DNA of 64,000 bases from Squalus acanthias (GCA_030390025.1 JASTWF010000034.1:2046001-2110000), one strand, 5' to 3'. Positions 48,533 to 61,697 are shown, numbered from the stretch's first letter. Made by a program: numbers and translations. The notes: generated from the letters alone by a model not told the origin.

Positions 48533-49365
48533 CGAACATAAGAATGTAAGAAATAGGAGCAGGAGTAGACCATTCGGCCCCTTGAGCCTGCTCCACCATT
48601 CAATGAGATCATGGCTGATTTTCTGCCTCAATTCCATTCACCTGCCTTATCTCGATATCCCTTGATGCCCTCACTAGTCAGAAAACTATCGACTTCTGTT
48701 TTGAATATATTCAATGACTGAGCCTCCACAACCCTCTGGGGTAGAGAATTCCAAACATTCACCACCCTCTGTGTGAAGAAATGTCTTTATTAGAGTTAGA
48801 TATATTTCTTAAGTCTAAGGGGATCAAGGGATATGGGGAGAAAGCAGGGACAGGGTACTGAATTTGGATGATCAGCCATGATCGCATTGAATGATGGAGC
48901 AGGCTCGGGGGGCCGAATGGCCTACTCCTGCTCCTATCTTCTATGTTTCTGTGTTTCTCATCTCAGTCCTGAATGGCCTACCCTTTATCATGAGGCTGTG
49001 GCCCCTGTTTCTTGACTCCCCAGCCAAGAGAAACATTCTCCCAGCATCCAACCTATCAAGCCCTGTAATAATTGTTAATGCTTCAATGAGATCCCCACTC
49101 GTTCATCTGAATTCAAGAGAATACAGGCCTAGTTTACTCAATCTCTTCTCATACGACAGATCCGCCTTCCCAGGAATCAATCTCGTGAACCTTCGTTGCA
49201 CTCCCTCTATGGCAAGTATTTCTTTAATAAGGTAAGGAGACCAAAATTGTTAACAGTACTCCAGGTGCGGTCTCACCAAGGTCCGATATCAAGGGATTAA
49301 GACCTGTTTACTCCTGTACTCAAATCCTCTTGTAATGAAGGCCAGCATACCATTTGCCTTCCTTG
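48533..49365 (-). mobile_element. CR1 3' fragment with a nested plus-strand CR1 tail (about 48793-48952)
   Basis: Minus-strand tail and RT C-terminus; the nested piece is near-identical to 27633-27793. Confidence 0.85.
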
Positions 49366-50112
49366 GGGTATGTAAGAGAGTGTTATAATCAGGAGTATGG
49401 GGTATATCAGAGTGTTATAGTGAGGGGTGTGCGGTATATCAGATTATTACAGTGATGGGTGTGGTGTACATAAAACTATTGCAGTGAGGGGTGTGGGGTA
49501 TATCAAATTGTTACAGCGAGGGTTGTGGGGTATATCAGAGTGTTAAAGGGAGGTGAGTTGGGTATATCGGTCTGTTGCAGTGAGCGGTTTGGGATATGTA
49601 AGAGAATTTAAGTGAATGGTGTGGGGTATATCAGAGTGTTAAAGGGAGGTGAGTGGGGTATATCGGTCTCTTACAGTGAGAGGTTTGAAATATGTAAGAG
49701 AGGATTAAATTAAGGGGTATATCAGAGTGTTACAGTGAGGTGTGTGAGGTATATCAGAGTGTTAAATTGAGGGGAGCGGCGTAAATCAGAGTGTTACCAT
49801 AAGGGGTGTGGGGTATATCGGTGTGTTACACGAAGGGATGTGTGGGGTATATCAGAGTGTTGTAATCAGGAGAGTGGGTTTGCATCAGAGTGCTACAGTT
49901 ACGGGTGTGGGGTACATTAGAGTAATACAATGACCGGTGTTGGGCATATCAGAGTGTTACAGTGAGGGGTGTGGTGTATAACAGAGTGTTACAGTCAGGG
50001 GTCTGGGGTTATATCAGTGTGTTACATTGAGGGGTGTCGGGTATATCAGAGTGTTACAGCGAGGGAAATGGAGTATATCACAAAGTGTTACAGTGAGGGG
50101 CGTGGTGTATTT
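49366..50112 (+). repeat. 30-32-bp G-rich repeat, diverged continuation
   Basis: Same unit as 47300-48530 with more substitutions. Confidence 0.85.
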
Positions 50113-50735
50113 CCAGAGGGATAGAATTGCAAAGCAGGGAGGTTATGTTAAACTTGTACTGATCATGGATTAGATCATACTTGGAGTACTGTGAAAAGCT
50201 CTGCTCTCCATATTATTACGAGGGGCCCAATGGCCTACTCCTGCTCTTATTTCTTATGTTCTTAATATAGAGGCACTGGAGAAGGAGATTTGTAAGGATG
50301 ATCCTAGAACTGACAGGATATACTTCTCAGGAAAGGCTGAACAGGCTGGGTCTCTTTTCTCTTGAAGAAAGAGAATGCTGATGGATGACCGGATAGAGGT
50401 ATTTAAGATTATGAGAAGGTTATAAAGGGTGGTCGTGGAGAAAATGTTTCCACTTGTGGGAGTCCAAAACTGGAGATCATCAATATAAGATAGTCACTAA
50501 TAAATCCAATGGAGAATTCAGGAGAAATTCTTCACACAAAGAGAGGTGAGAATGTGGAACTCGCTACCACAGGGAGTAGTGGAGGCGGATAGTACAGATG
50601 CATTTAAGGAGAAGCTAGATAAACACATGAGGGAGAAAGGAATATAAGGCTATGCTAATAGAATTAGATGAAGAGGGGTGAGAGGAGGCTTGTGTGGGGA
50701 ATAAACACACGCACAAACCAATTGGGCAGAATAGG
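50113..50735 (+). mobile_element. Decayed CR1 3' fragment
   Basis: RGIE, LEYC, ERLNRLGLFSL, 3' UTR. Confidence 0.78.
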
Positions 50736-50739
50736 TCAG

Positions 50740-53098
50740 AGGCAGAGTAAATCTACCCCAACACAGCCCCATCAAACTTTCCCAGGACAGGCACAACACG
50801 ACTTAGACACAGTGTAAATCTCCCTCAGCACTGCCCCATCAAACACTCACAGGGCAGTTTCAGCAAAGGTTAGATACAGAGTAAAGGTCCCTCTACACTG
50901 GCCCAACAAACTCTCACAGAGCAGGTACAGCACGGGTTAGATACAGAGTAAAGGTCCCTCTACACTGACCCAGCAAACTCTCACAGGGCAGGTACAGCAC
51001 AGGTTAGATACAGAGTAAAGGTCCCACTACACTGTCCCAGCAAACTCTCTCAGGGCAGGTACAGCACGGGTTAGATACAGAGTAAAGGTCCCTCTGCACT
51101 GTCCCATCAAACTCTCACAGGGCAGGTACAGCACAGGTTAGATACAGAGTAAAGCTCATCTTTGCACGGTCCCATCAAACACTCCCATGGCTAGTTCAGA
51201 CCATGTTTGATACAGGGTAGAGCTCCCGCTACACTCTCCCTTCAAACCCGTCCAGGACAGGCAGACCACGAGTTAGATACAGAATAAAGCTGCATCAACA
51301 CTGTCCCATCGAACACTCCCAGGGCAGGTACAGCACTGGTTAGATACAGAGTAAAGCTCCCTCTACACTATCCCATCAAACACTCGCAGGGCAAGTACAG
51401 CATGGGTAAGATACAGAGTAAAGCTCCCTCTACAGTGTCCCATCAAACTCTCCCAGGGCAGGTACAGCATGGGTAAGATACAGAGTAAAGCTCCCTCTAC
51501 ACTATCCCATCAAACACTCGTAGGGCAAGTACTGCAAGGATTAGAAACAGAATAAAGCTCTCTATACCATGTCCCATCAAACACACTCAGGGAAGTTTCA
51601 GCACAGGTTAGATACAAAGTAATTCTCACTCTACACTGTCCCATCAAACACTCCCAGGGCATGTTCAGAACATGTTTGACAGAGAGTAAAGTTCCCTCTC
51701 AACTGTCCCGCCAAACACTTCCAGGGCAGGTGCAGCACCCGTTAGATACAGAGTAAAGCTCCCTCTAAACTGTCTCCTCAAATTCTCCGAGGGCAGGAAC
51801 AGCATGTGTTAGATACAGAGTAAAGCTCCCTCTTCAATGTCCCATCAAACATTTAAAGGGCATGTACAGCAGGGGTTAGAAACAGAGTAAAGCCCCCTCG
51901 ACACTGTCCCATCAAACTCCCCCATGGCAGCTACAGCACGGTTAAGATACAGAGTAAAGCTCCCTTTACACTGTCCCATCAAACACTCCCAGGGCAGTTA
52001 CAGTACGGGTTAGATACAGAGTAAAGCTCCCTCTACACTGTCCCATTGAACAATCCCAGGGCAGGTACAGCATGGTGTAGATACAGAGTGAAGCTTCCTC
52101 TTAACTGTCCCAGCAAACACTCCTAGGGCAGGTTCAGACCACGTTTGATACAGAGTAAAGCTCCCTCTACACTGTCCCATCAAACTCCCCCATGGCAGGT
52201 ACAGCACGGTTAAGATACAGAGTAAAGCTCCCTTTCCACTATCCCATCCAACCCGTCCAGGACAGGCAGAACACGAGTTAGACACAGAGTAAAGCTGCAT
52301 CAACACTGTCCAATTTATCACCACCAGGGCAGGGACAGCATGGGTTAGATACAGAGTAAAGCTGCCTCTACACTGTCCCATCAAACACCCCCAGGGCAGG
52401 GACAGCACCGGTTAGATACAGAGTAAAGCTCCCTCTACACTGTCCCATCAAACACTCCCATGGCAGGTTCAGACCACGTTTGATACAGAATAAAGATCCC
52501 TCTACACTGTCCCATCAAACACTGCCTAGGGGAAGGTTCAGAACAGGTTAGATAGAGTAAATCTCCCTCTGAACTGTCCCAGCAAAACACTCCCAGGGCA
52601 GGTTCAGACCACGTTTGATAGAGTAAAGCTCTCTCTACACTGTCCCATTAAAACCATCCAGGACAGGCAGAACACGAGTAAGACAGAGTAAAACTCCCTC
52701 GACGCTATCCCATCAAACACTCCCAGAGCAGGTACAGCATGTGTTAGATACAGACAAAAGCTGCCTCTCCACTGTCCCATCAAACCCTTCCAGGAAAGGC
52801 ACAACACGAGTTAGACACAAAGTAAAGTTGCATCAACACTGGCCCATCAAACACTCCCAAAGCAGGTGCAGCATGGATTAGATACAGATTAAAGATCCGT
52901 TTACACTGTCCCATCAAACTCTCCCAGGGCAGGTAAAGCACAGGGTAGATACAGAGTGAACCTCCCTCTACAATGTAACATCAGACACTCTCAGGGCAGG
53001 TACAGCACGGGTTAGATACAGAGAAAAGCTCCCTCTCCACTGTCCCATCAAACACTCCCAGGGCAGGTTCAGACAATGTTTGGTACAGAGTAAAGCTC
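50740..53098 (+). repeat. 67-bp repeat array, about 35 copies
   Basis: Same unit as 1-958. Confidence 0.95.
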
Positions 53099-53099
53099 T

Positions 53100-54645
53100 G
53101 AAATGAATATTGTGCATCTGTGTTCACTGTGGAGAAGGACGATGGAGGCATATAAATCAGGCAGGGGGATTGTGATATACTTGAACAAATTAGTATTGAG
53201 AGGGAGGAGGTACTAGCGGTTTTAGCGGGTTTAAAAGTGAATAAATCCCCAGGCCCTGACGGGATGTGTCCCAGGCTGCTGTGTGAGGCAAGGGAGGAGA
53301 CTGCAGGGGCTCGGACTCAAATTTTCAGAACCTCTCTGACCACAGGGGAGGTGCCAGAGGACTGGAGAACAGCTAAGGTAGTACCATTGTTCAAGAAGGG
53401 TAGTAGGGATAAACCAGGGAATTACAGGCCAGTGAGCCTCACATCAGTGATAGGGAAATTATTGGAAAAAATTCTGAGGGACAGAATTAGTCTCCACTTG
53501 GAGAGGCAACGATTAATCAGGGATAGTCAGCATGGCTTTGTCAGGGGGAGATCATATCTAAGCAATTTGATTGAATTTTTTGAGGGGGTGACTAGGTGTG
53601 TGGATGAGGATAGTGCAGTTGATGTCGTCTACATGGTCTTCAGTAAGGCTTTTGATAAAGTCCCACATGGGAGACTGGTCAAGAAGGTAAGAGGCCATGG
53701 GATCCAGGGCAATTTGGCACATTAGATTCAAAATTGGCTTAGTGGCAGGAGGCAGATGGTGATGGCCGAAGGTTGTTTTTGTGACTGGAAGCCAGTGTCC
53801 AGTGGTGCACCGCAGGGATCGGTGCTGGGTCCTTTGCTGTTTGTAGTGTACATTAAAGATTTAGATATGAATGTAAGTTCACAGATGACACGAAAATTGG
53901 TGGAGTGGTAAATAGCGAGGAGGGAAGCCTCAGACTACAGGACGATATAGGCGGGATGGTTAGATGGGCAGAACAGTGGCAAATGGAATTTAGCACTGAA
54001 AAGTGTGAGGTGATGCATTTTGGGAGGACAAACAAGGCAAGGGAATACACAATGAATGGTAGGACCCTAGGAAGGACAGAGGATCAGAGGGCCCTTGGCG
54101 TGCATGTACATAGATCCCTGAAGGCAGCAGGACAGGTAGATAATGTGGTTAAAAAGGCATATTGGATACTTGCCTTCATTAGCCGAGGCATAGAATATAA
54201 GAGCAGAGACGTTATGATGGAGCTGTACAAAACGCTGGTTTGGCCACAGCTGGAATACTGTGTGCAGTTCTGCTCGCCACACTATAGGAGGGATGTGATT
54301 GCATTGGAGAGGGTGCAGAGGAGATTCACCAAGATTTTATCTGGGCTGGAGCGTTTCAGCAGAGAAGAGAGACTGGACAGGCTGGGGTTATTTTCCTTAG
54401 AGCAGAGAAGGCTGAGGGGGGAACTGATTGAGGTGTACAAAATTATGAGGGGCATAGCTCGGGTGGATAAAAAGGAAATTCTTCCCTTCGTAGAGGGGTC
54501 AATAACCAGGGGGCATAGTTTCAAGGTAAGGGGCAGGAGGTTTAGAGGGGATTTGAGGAAAAACTTTTTCACCCACAGGGTGTTTGAAATCTGGAGCTCA
54601 CTCCCTTAAAGGGTGGTAGAGGCAGGAACGCTCACGACATTCAAA
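53100..54645 (+). mobile_element. CR1 RT fragment embedded in the 67-bp array, same subfamily as the 27794-34790 host
   Basis: KSPGPDG, SQHGFVRGRS, FSKAFDKVPH, WQMEFS, QRRFT. Confidence 0.9.
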
Positions 54646-55065
54646 TCACTCCCAGGACAGGTACAGCACGGGTTAGATACAGAGTAAAGCTCCCTCTACA
54701 ATGTCCCATCAAACCCTCTCAGGGCAGGTACAGCATGTATTAGCTGCAGAGTAAAGCTCCCTCTACACTGTCCCATCAAACACTCCCACTGCAGGTACAG
54801 CACAGGTTAGACACAGAGTAAAGCTGCCTCTACAATGTCCCATCAAATGCTGCCAGGGCAAGTACAGCTTCTATTAGATACAGAGTAAAGCTGCCTCTGC
54901 ACTGTCCCATCAAACATTCCCAGGGCAGGTTCAGACCACGTTTGATACAGTGTAAAGCTGCTTCTACACTGTCCCATCAAACACTCCCAGGGCAGGTAAA
55001 GCACGGGTTAGATAAAGAGTAATGCTCCCTCTACAATGTCCCATCAAACATTCCTAGTGCAGGTA
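54646..55065 (+). repeat. 67-bp repeat array
   Basis: Same unit as 1-958. Confidence 0.92.
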
Positions 55066-55772
55066 GATCAGTAGTTGTGAAAATGCTGGAATCTATTCTA
55101 AAGGATGCAGTAACTGGGCACTTAGAAACTAATAGTAAGATTGGGCAGAGTCAGCATGGATTTATGAAAGGGAAATCCTGTTTGACAAACATATTGGAGT
55201 TCTTTGAGGATGTAACTGGTGGAGTAGACAAAGGGGAACCGGTAGATGTGGTGCATCTGGATTTTCATAAGACCTTCGATAGGGTCCCACACAAGAGGTT
55301 GTTGAACAAAATGAGGGCACATTGAATTTGGGGGTAATATACTAGCATGGTTCGAGAATTGGTTAACAGACAGAAAACAAAGAGTAGGGAAAAACGGGTC
55401 TTTATCAGGATGGCAGACTGCGACTAGTGGTGTACCGCAAGGATCGATGCTTGGGCCCCAGCTATTCACAATCTATACCAAGGATTTTGGATGAGGGGAC
55501 TTAATGTAACATTTCAAAATTTGCTGATGACACAAAGCTAGGTGGCAGTGTCAGTTGTGAAGAAGATGTGAAGAGACTTCAAGGGGATCTCAAAGGGCTC
55601 AGTGAGGGGCGTGAACATGGCAGATGGAATATAGTGTCGATAAATGTGAAGTTATCCAGTTTGGTAGACAAAACAGAAAGGCAGAGTACTTCCTAAATGG
55701 TGAAAGATTGGGGAACGCAGATGCACAAAGGGACCTGGGAGTCCTTGTACATGAGTCATTGAAAGTGAATGT
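55066..55772 (+). mobile_element. CR1 RT fragment
   Basis: SQHGFMKGKSCLTN, GVPQGSMLGP, KFADDTK. Confidence 0.88.
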
Positions 55773-56468
55773 GCAGAGTAAAGCTTCCTCTAAAGTGTCC
55801 CATCAAACACTCCCAGGGCAGGTTCAGACCACGTTTGATACAGAGTAATGCTCCCTCTACACTGTCCCATCAAACTTTAGAGGTCGCACAACACCAGGTT
55901 ATAGTCCAACAGTTTTATTTGAAATCACAAGCTTTCGGAACTATCGCTGGTGTTGTGCGACCTCTCAATTTTGTCCACCCCAGTCCAACACCGGCATCTC
56001 CGCATCATGACCATCAAACTTTCCCAGGGCAAGTACAGCGGGAGTTAGAAACAGAGCAAAGCTCCGTCTACACTATCCCATCAAACACTTCCAGGACACA
56101 TTCAGACCATGTGATATACAGAGTAAAGCTCCCTTTACACTGTCCCATCAAACCCGTCCAGGACAGGGAGAACACGAGTTAGACAGAGCAAAGCTCCCTC
56201 TATACCGTCCAATCAAACAATCCCAGGGCAGGTGCAGCACGGATTAGATACAGATGAAAGCAGCCTCTACACTGTCCCATCAAATCACTCCCAGGACATG
56301 TATAATACGGGTTAAATGCAGAGTAAAGCTGCCTGTATACTGTCCCATCAAACCCTTCCAGGACAGGCACAACAAGAGTTAGATACAGAGTTAAGCTCCC
56401 TCTACGGCGTCCCATCAACACTCGCAGGGCAGGTACAGTACACGTTAGATACAGCATAAAGCTCCCTC
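55773..56468 (+). repeat. 67-bp repeat array interrupted by a Penelope-like insert
   Basis: Same unit as 1-958. Confidence 0.9.
55879..56010. mobile_element. 132-bp Penelope-like insert with an internal inversion and a 12-bp TSD
   Basis: ccatcaaacttt at 55867-55878 and 56011-56022; 19-bp inverted repeat at 55879-55897 / 55947-55965. Confidence 0.8.
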
Positions 56469-57587
56469 ACTAGAAGGAGACACACCGCGGGCCGCACTCA
56501 CTGGAAGTAGAAACACCGCGGGACACACTCACTGGAAGGAGACACCGCGGGACACACTCACTGGAAGGAGACACCGCGGGACACACTCACTGGAAGCAGA
56601 CACACCGCGGGACACACTCACTGGAAGGAGACACACCGCGGGACCGACTCACTGGAAGGAGACACACCGCGGGACACACTCACTGGAAGGAGACACACCG
56701 CGGGACAGACTCACTGGAAGGAGACACACCGCGGGACAGACTCACTTGAAGGAGGCACCGCGGGACACACTCACTGGAAGGACACACACCACGGGACACA
56801 CTCACTGGAAGGAGACACACCGCGGTACAGACTCACTGGAAGGAGACACACCGCGGGACAGACTCACTGGAAGGAGGCACCGCGGGACACACTCACTGGA
56901 AGGACACACACCACGGGACACACTGACTGGAAGGAGACACACCGCGGGACACACTCACTGGAAGGAGACACACCGCGGGACACACTCACTGGAAGGAGAC
57001 ACACCGCGGGACACACTCACTGGAAGGAGACACCGCGGGACACACTGACTGGAAGGAGACACATCGCGGGACACACTCACTGGAAGGAGACACACCGCGG
57101 GACAGACTCACTGGAAGGAGGCACCGCGGGACACACTCACTGGAAGGACACACACCACGGGACACACTCACTGGAAGGAGACACACCGCGGGACACACTC
57201 ACTGGAAGGAGACACACCGCGGGACACACTCACTGGAAGGAGACACACCGCGGGACACACTCACTGGAAGGAGACACCGCGGGACACACTGACTGGAAGG
57301 AGACACACCGCGGGACACACTCACTGGAATGAGACACACCGCAGGACACACTCACTGGAAGGAGACACACCGCAGGACACACTCACTGGAAGGAGACACA
57401 CCGCGGGACACACTCACTGGAAGGTGTCACACCGCGGGACACACTGACTGGAAGGAGACACACCGCGGGACACACTGACTGGAAGGAGACACACCGCGGG
57501 ACACACTCACTGGAAGGAGACACACCGCGGGACACACTCACTGGAAGGAGACACACCGCGGGACACACTCACTGGAAGGAGACACAC
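56466..57587 (+). repeat. 29/31-bp CpG-rich tandem repeat, about 36 copies
   Basis: Unit ctcactggaaggagacacaccgcgggacaca. Confidence 0.95.
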
Positions 57588-58535
57588 GATGAGAAGGACG
57601 GAGCCCAGGGGCGAGGGAGGGGCCCGGGGGTGCGGTAGATGCCCAGGGGTGGCGCAGCGTGGTCGGGAGGACCACACTGCAGCTTATGAAACCCAGGCAG
57701 AGAGGACTTGCGGGAAGAGGGAGGAGGACAGTAGGAGTGGGTTTGTGTGTGTGTGCTCGTCCGATGTAGCAGAGCCTGGTCTCCAATCGTCTTGGATCCC
57801 CTTGCCATTGGACCAAGACCTTGTTCTGTCAAGCCTGTGTGGTAGCTGGTGTGCAACGGCCACCCCACGTTAAAAGAATTCACGCACAGGCATCTTCCAC
57901 CCTTTAAAATGAAGCTCGGGACCTGGAACATCAGGACCCTCATGGACAAGCCCAACAGCGACAGACCGGAACTCCATTGTGCTATCGTTGCCCGGGAGCT
58001 CAGACGTTTCGAAATAGACATCACCGCCCTAAGCGAGACCCAGTGGCCAGAGGAAGGCCAGCTCAAGGAGCAAGGCTTTGGTTACACCTTCTTCTGGAAA
58101 GGCAAACCTGAAGAAGAACGCCGCCTGCATGGGGTAGGTGTCGCCATAAAAAATGAGCCAGTTAAACATCTCAGAGACTCCCCTTGTGGAATAAACTAAC
58201 GCCTCATCACTCATGGTTCACTAGCCCGGAACCAGTGCGCTACGGTCATCAGTGCATCCGCCCCAACACTGGAAGCCACAGACAAGACCAAAGAGGAATT
58301 CTACTCCAGCCTCGAAAAATCCCTGTCCCGAGTCCCAATGGGCGACAAGTTGATCCCCCTTGGCGACTTCAACACCAGAGGTGGAAAGGACACTGACCTC
58401 TGGGGAGGTGTGATCGGCAGAGAGGGGGTAGGGAAAGCCAACTCCAATGGTACCCTCCTCCTGACGAAATGCTAAGAACATGGCCTTGTCATAACCAACA
58501 CCTTGTTCCGTCAGAGAGACAAGTACAAGGCTTCA
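57588..58535 (+). mobile_element. RTE-clade LINE 5' portion (5' UTR + endonuclease), 3'-truncated
   Basis: MKLGTWNIRTLMD..IDITALSET..GYTFFWKG..HGVG, GDFN, LVITNT. Confidence 0.85.
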
Positions 58536-58949
58536 CGAGATAAAGATCCCATGCCGCTATTTGAACAGCGAGATTCCAGCCTCTTGTGCACCCTGCTCTT
58601 CATCCTACCATTGGCAGTGGTGACTTCAGGAATCTAGGTTCCATATTCTGGAATTCCCTCCTTAGAAACCATCTCTGACCAAGATTTTGATCACCCTTCC
58701 CAAAACTCTGCATCCATGTTCTTCCTTTATGCCTCTTAAGTGTCTTGCAGTATTTTTTCTAAGTTAAAAGGTGCTGTATAAATGAAAGCAGTAGTTATCT
58801 TGGCCAACATTCCTCTTTCAACCAAAACAAAAAGTCAAGAGGTCATTCATGTTTGTGCAGTCTTATTCATACAAAATGGCTGTAATAATAAAAATTAATA
58901 TGAGTGATGGATGTATGCCATGTTGCTGTATGATATGTAATTCTGTCAC

Positions 58950-59970
58950 CAGGTTGCTGAGATATCTCCCTCGCTCCATCTCCCACCTCCAGCTGCTCAG
59001 CGACTCCAGATATTTCTAAAGCAGCCTCCTCTGCTATTGTAAGGTTTGCAAATGATGGGGTGCCACCGCCGGTTCACCCCTTCTCCCTGTTATTGTGGGC
59101 TCTCTTTTCCTGCAAGGAGGGAAAAATAGAAGTTTGAGTGAGACTGATGGAATGAATGTAAGGACTGGATGGGGTAGATATTTAGAGGGTGACTATGATG
59201 GAGTGGGGTGCCAAATACAAGTGGCCTCCTTGTGTGTTGTTAGTTGGTATGATTGCACAAGGGTGAGTTTGAGTGTGAGTGGTGGCTATTGAGATGGGGA
59301 TGTGATAATGTAAATAGAAAGAGGGGGACGGGTGGACGTGCAAGCTATGTTGGTGTGAGTAAGAATATGCAGGGGTAGGGTTGGGAAGGCAGAGTGATGG
59401 GGGTTTGATGAGAGGCATAGCAAGATGAAGGTGAGTGTGGCTTTGTACTCACGTTTCCTGATCTAATGAGATAATTGAAACGTTTGCGGCACTGCACCCA
59501 GGTCTTGCTGACAACATCCCTGCTGGTGACCCTCTCTGCAATCTCCAACCAGGCTGTTTTAGTGTCCTGGGGAGGTTACATCCGTCCATTGGAAGAGAAG
59601 AGGACCACCCTGAATGCTATGACTCCCTTCATAAGCATATGGAGGGAGCCATCAGACAACCTGGGTGCAGCCCTTTGCCTCTGTGCAGTCATTGTCTGTG
59701 TTTGCAGCACTCCAGTGCTGTAGTGCACTGACAGCAGTATGTTACATTGACATTCAAGTCCAATGTGGCCATGGCCCCTTGAAAGATCCCGGCTGAAAAC
59801 GCTTAATCAACGATGTCAACAGTCCAGACCCGCATCATTTAATTGGACCGGGTAACACGCTGGGTGGGCTCAATAGGTCCGACTAACGTAAAGTCATTTT
59901 CAGCAGCGGGCTGACGACCCGCCATTGCCACCGCCCGCACCAGACCTGCCAGGTAGGCACAATTCCAGCC
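58950..59970 (-). mobile_element. Second Harbinger remnant: decayed Myb/SANT gene with intron and terminus
   Basis: ATG at about 59692 (MTAQRQRAAPRLSD..WLEIA..QCRKRFNYL); donor at 59452; acceptor at 59110 into EKRAHN; end-like ggctggaatt at 59970. Confidence 0.75.
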
Positions 59971-60218
59971 GTCTTTTTACGGCCTTGAGGAGTCCATGAT
60001 CCATATGTATTTTCAGTGTGAGAGGTTGCAGCCTTTGTATCATTACCTGAAGTGGCCGGTGGGCACCGCAGCTCAGTGAGGTGATAATCGATCCTCACTG
60101 TCACATTGTGATTTAATTATTGTTTGTGTGTGTGGCTGTATTATACATACTTATTACAGGAATAACAACAGAACATGTTGGAAACACTCAGCAGGTCAGG
60201 CAGCATCGAGGAGAGAGA

Positions 60219-60263
60219 AACAGATTCAACGTTTCGGGTCCAGGGCCCTTCGTCAGAACTGTT
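60219..60263 (-). ncRNA. Minimal hammerhead ribozyme motif in a Penelope-like end (family 1, 60165-60262)
   Basis: Minus strand AACAGUU-CUGACGA-A-GGGCC-CUG-GACCC-GAAAC-GUU-GAAUCUGUU. Confidence 0.55.
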
Positions 60264-60429
60264 ACTTGATATTTGTGGTGTGATGGGACACTTGCCTTAT
60301 TGGTTTATATCCACGTCTAGTGAAAATGGGGCAACTTAATGTCACCCCACTACAGGTAGTGAACAAAGGCCCAATCTGAAAATGTGAATGATCTCTTCAC
60401 CAATTGGAGCTTTCAATGGCGTTCTGTTT

Positions 60430-60920
60430 ACCCAGGATCCGCCGCGCGGCAGAAAGTGCCCTATCAATGACTGCAGGATTCCACTGCGCAGGCGCGTGAC
60501 CGGGGCGTACTCTGAACATGCGCAGTACGCGTGGTGACGTCAAGAGTAATGACGGAGAACAATAAAAGCAGCGGGCAGAGAGAATCAGAGCGAACGGTTC
60601 AGGTCATTTTCTGTTGTACTAATGGCCGAAAAGGCGGCTCGAGAGGCGAGAAGACATTGTGGGGACTGGGGAGCTTCAAAAACACCGGACGCAGGGCTCA
60701 GGCCTCGAATAAGACGCCGTGTTTGCGCCGCGGCGCCAGGCCCGGCCGCCGGGTTGAGCGGTTGACTGTCCGCCCGTTTGCGAGAGCATTTCTCCGCGGC
60801 GACAGGCCCGGGTTACCCCGGAAACCGGCCGCCATCTTGGTGAAGGAAGGCGGGACTTGTCCACGCGCCGCCATCTTGGACAGGGCGGGTTCAGGGCGCA
60901 TGCGCCGCCCACTCCCAGAG
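60430..60920. promoter_or_regulatory. CpG-island promoter with NRF1-, CRE- and YY1-like sites
   Basis: tgcgcaggcgc at 60485, catgcgca at 60517, tgacgtca at 60535, ccgccatcttgg at 60829 and 60868, gcgcatgcgc at 60896; dense CpG. Confidence 0.8.
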
Positions 60921-60939
60921 CAGGTGCAGCAGAAGCTGT

Positions 60940-61462
60940 TTTTTATATTCGTTTCTGCGATGTGGGCGTCGCTGGCAAGGCCAGAATTTATTGCCCATCC
61001 CTAATTGCCCTTGAGAAGGTGGTGGTGAGCTGCCTTCTTAAACCGCTGCAGTCCGTGTGGTGATGGTACTCCCACATTGCTGTTAGATTGGGAGTTCCTG
61101 TATTTTGACCCAGCCATGATGAGGGATCAGTGAAATACTTCTAAGTCAGGGTGGTGTGTGACTTGGAGGGGAACTTTGAGGTGGTGATGTTCCCATGAGC
61201 CTGCTGCCCTTGTTCTTCTATGTAGAAGAATTCGCGGGTTTGGGAGGTGCTACCGATCACGACCTGGCGAGTTGGTGCAGTGCAACTTGTAGATGGTACA
61301 CACTGCAGCCACGGTGCGCCGGTGGTGGAGGGAGTGAATGTTTCATGTGGTGGATGGGGTGTCAATCAAGCGGGCTGATTTGTTCTGGATGGCGTCGAGC
61401 TTCTTGAGTGTTGTTGGAGCTGTACTCATCCAGGCAAGTGGAGAGTATTCCATCACACTCCT
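60940..61462 (-). mobile_element. LINE 3' end, same family as 39651-39998
   Basis: Reverse-complement match (gatgtgggc..gcccatccctaattgcccttgagaaggtggtggtgagctgcc). Confidence 0.78.
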
Positions 61463-61697
61463 CGCACACAGGGGCTGCAGAACTGGAGAGCAGAGGGTGG
61501 GAGAGAGTGGGTTGTGTCAAAAAAATGGTGCAATGGGTAAGGATTTCAGCATAGGGAGAGGGAGAATGTGGGTGGGACAGGAATTTACAGCATTTGGGGG
61601 AAACAAGAGAGGAAAGATTGTTCCATAGAAAGTAGAATTGTCTGTTCTGAATTTATGTCCTGTACTTAGTGATGACTTTTGTAATCTCCTTTTTCAG

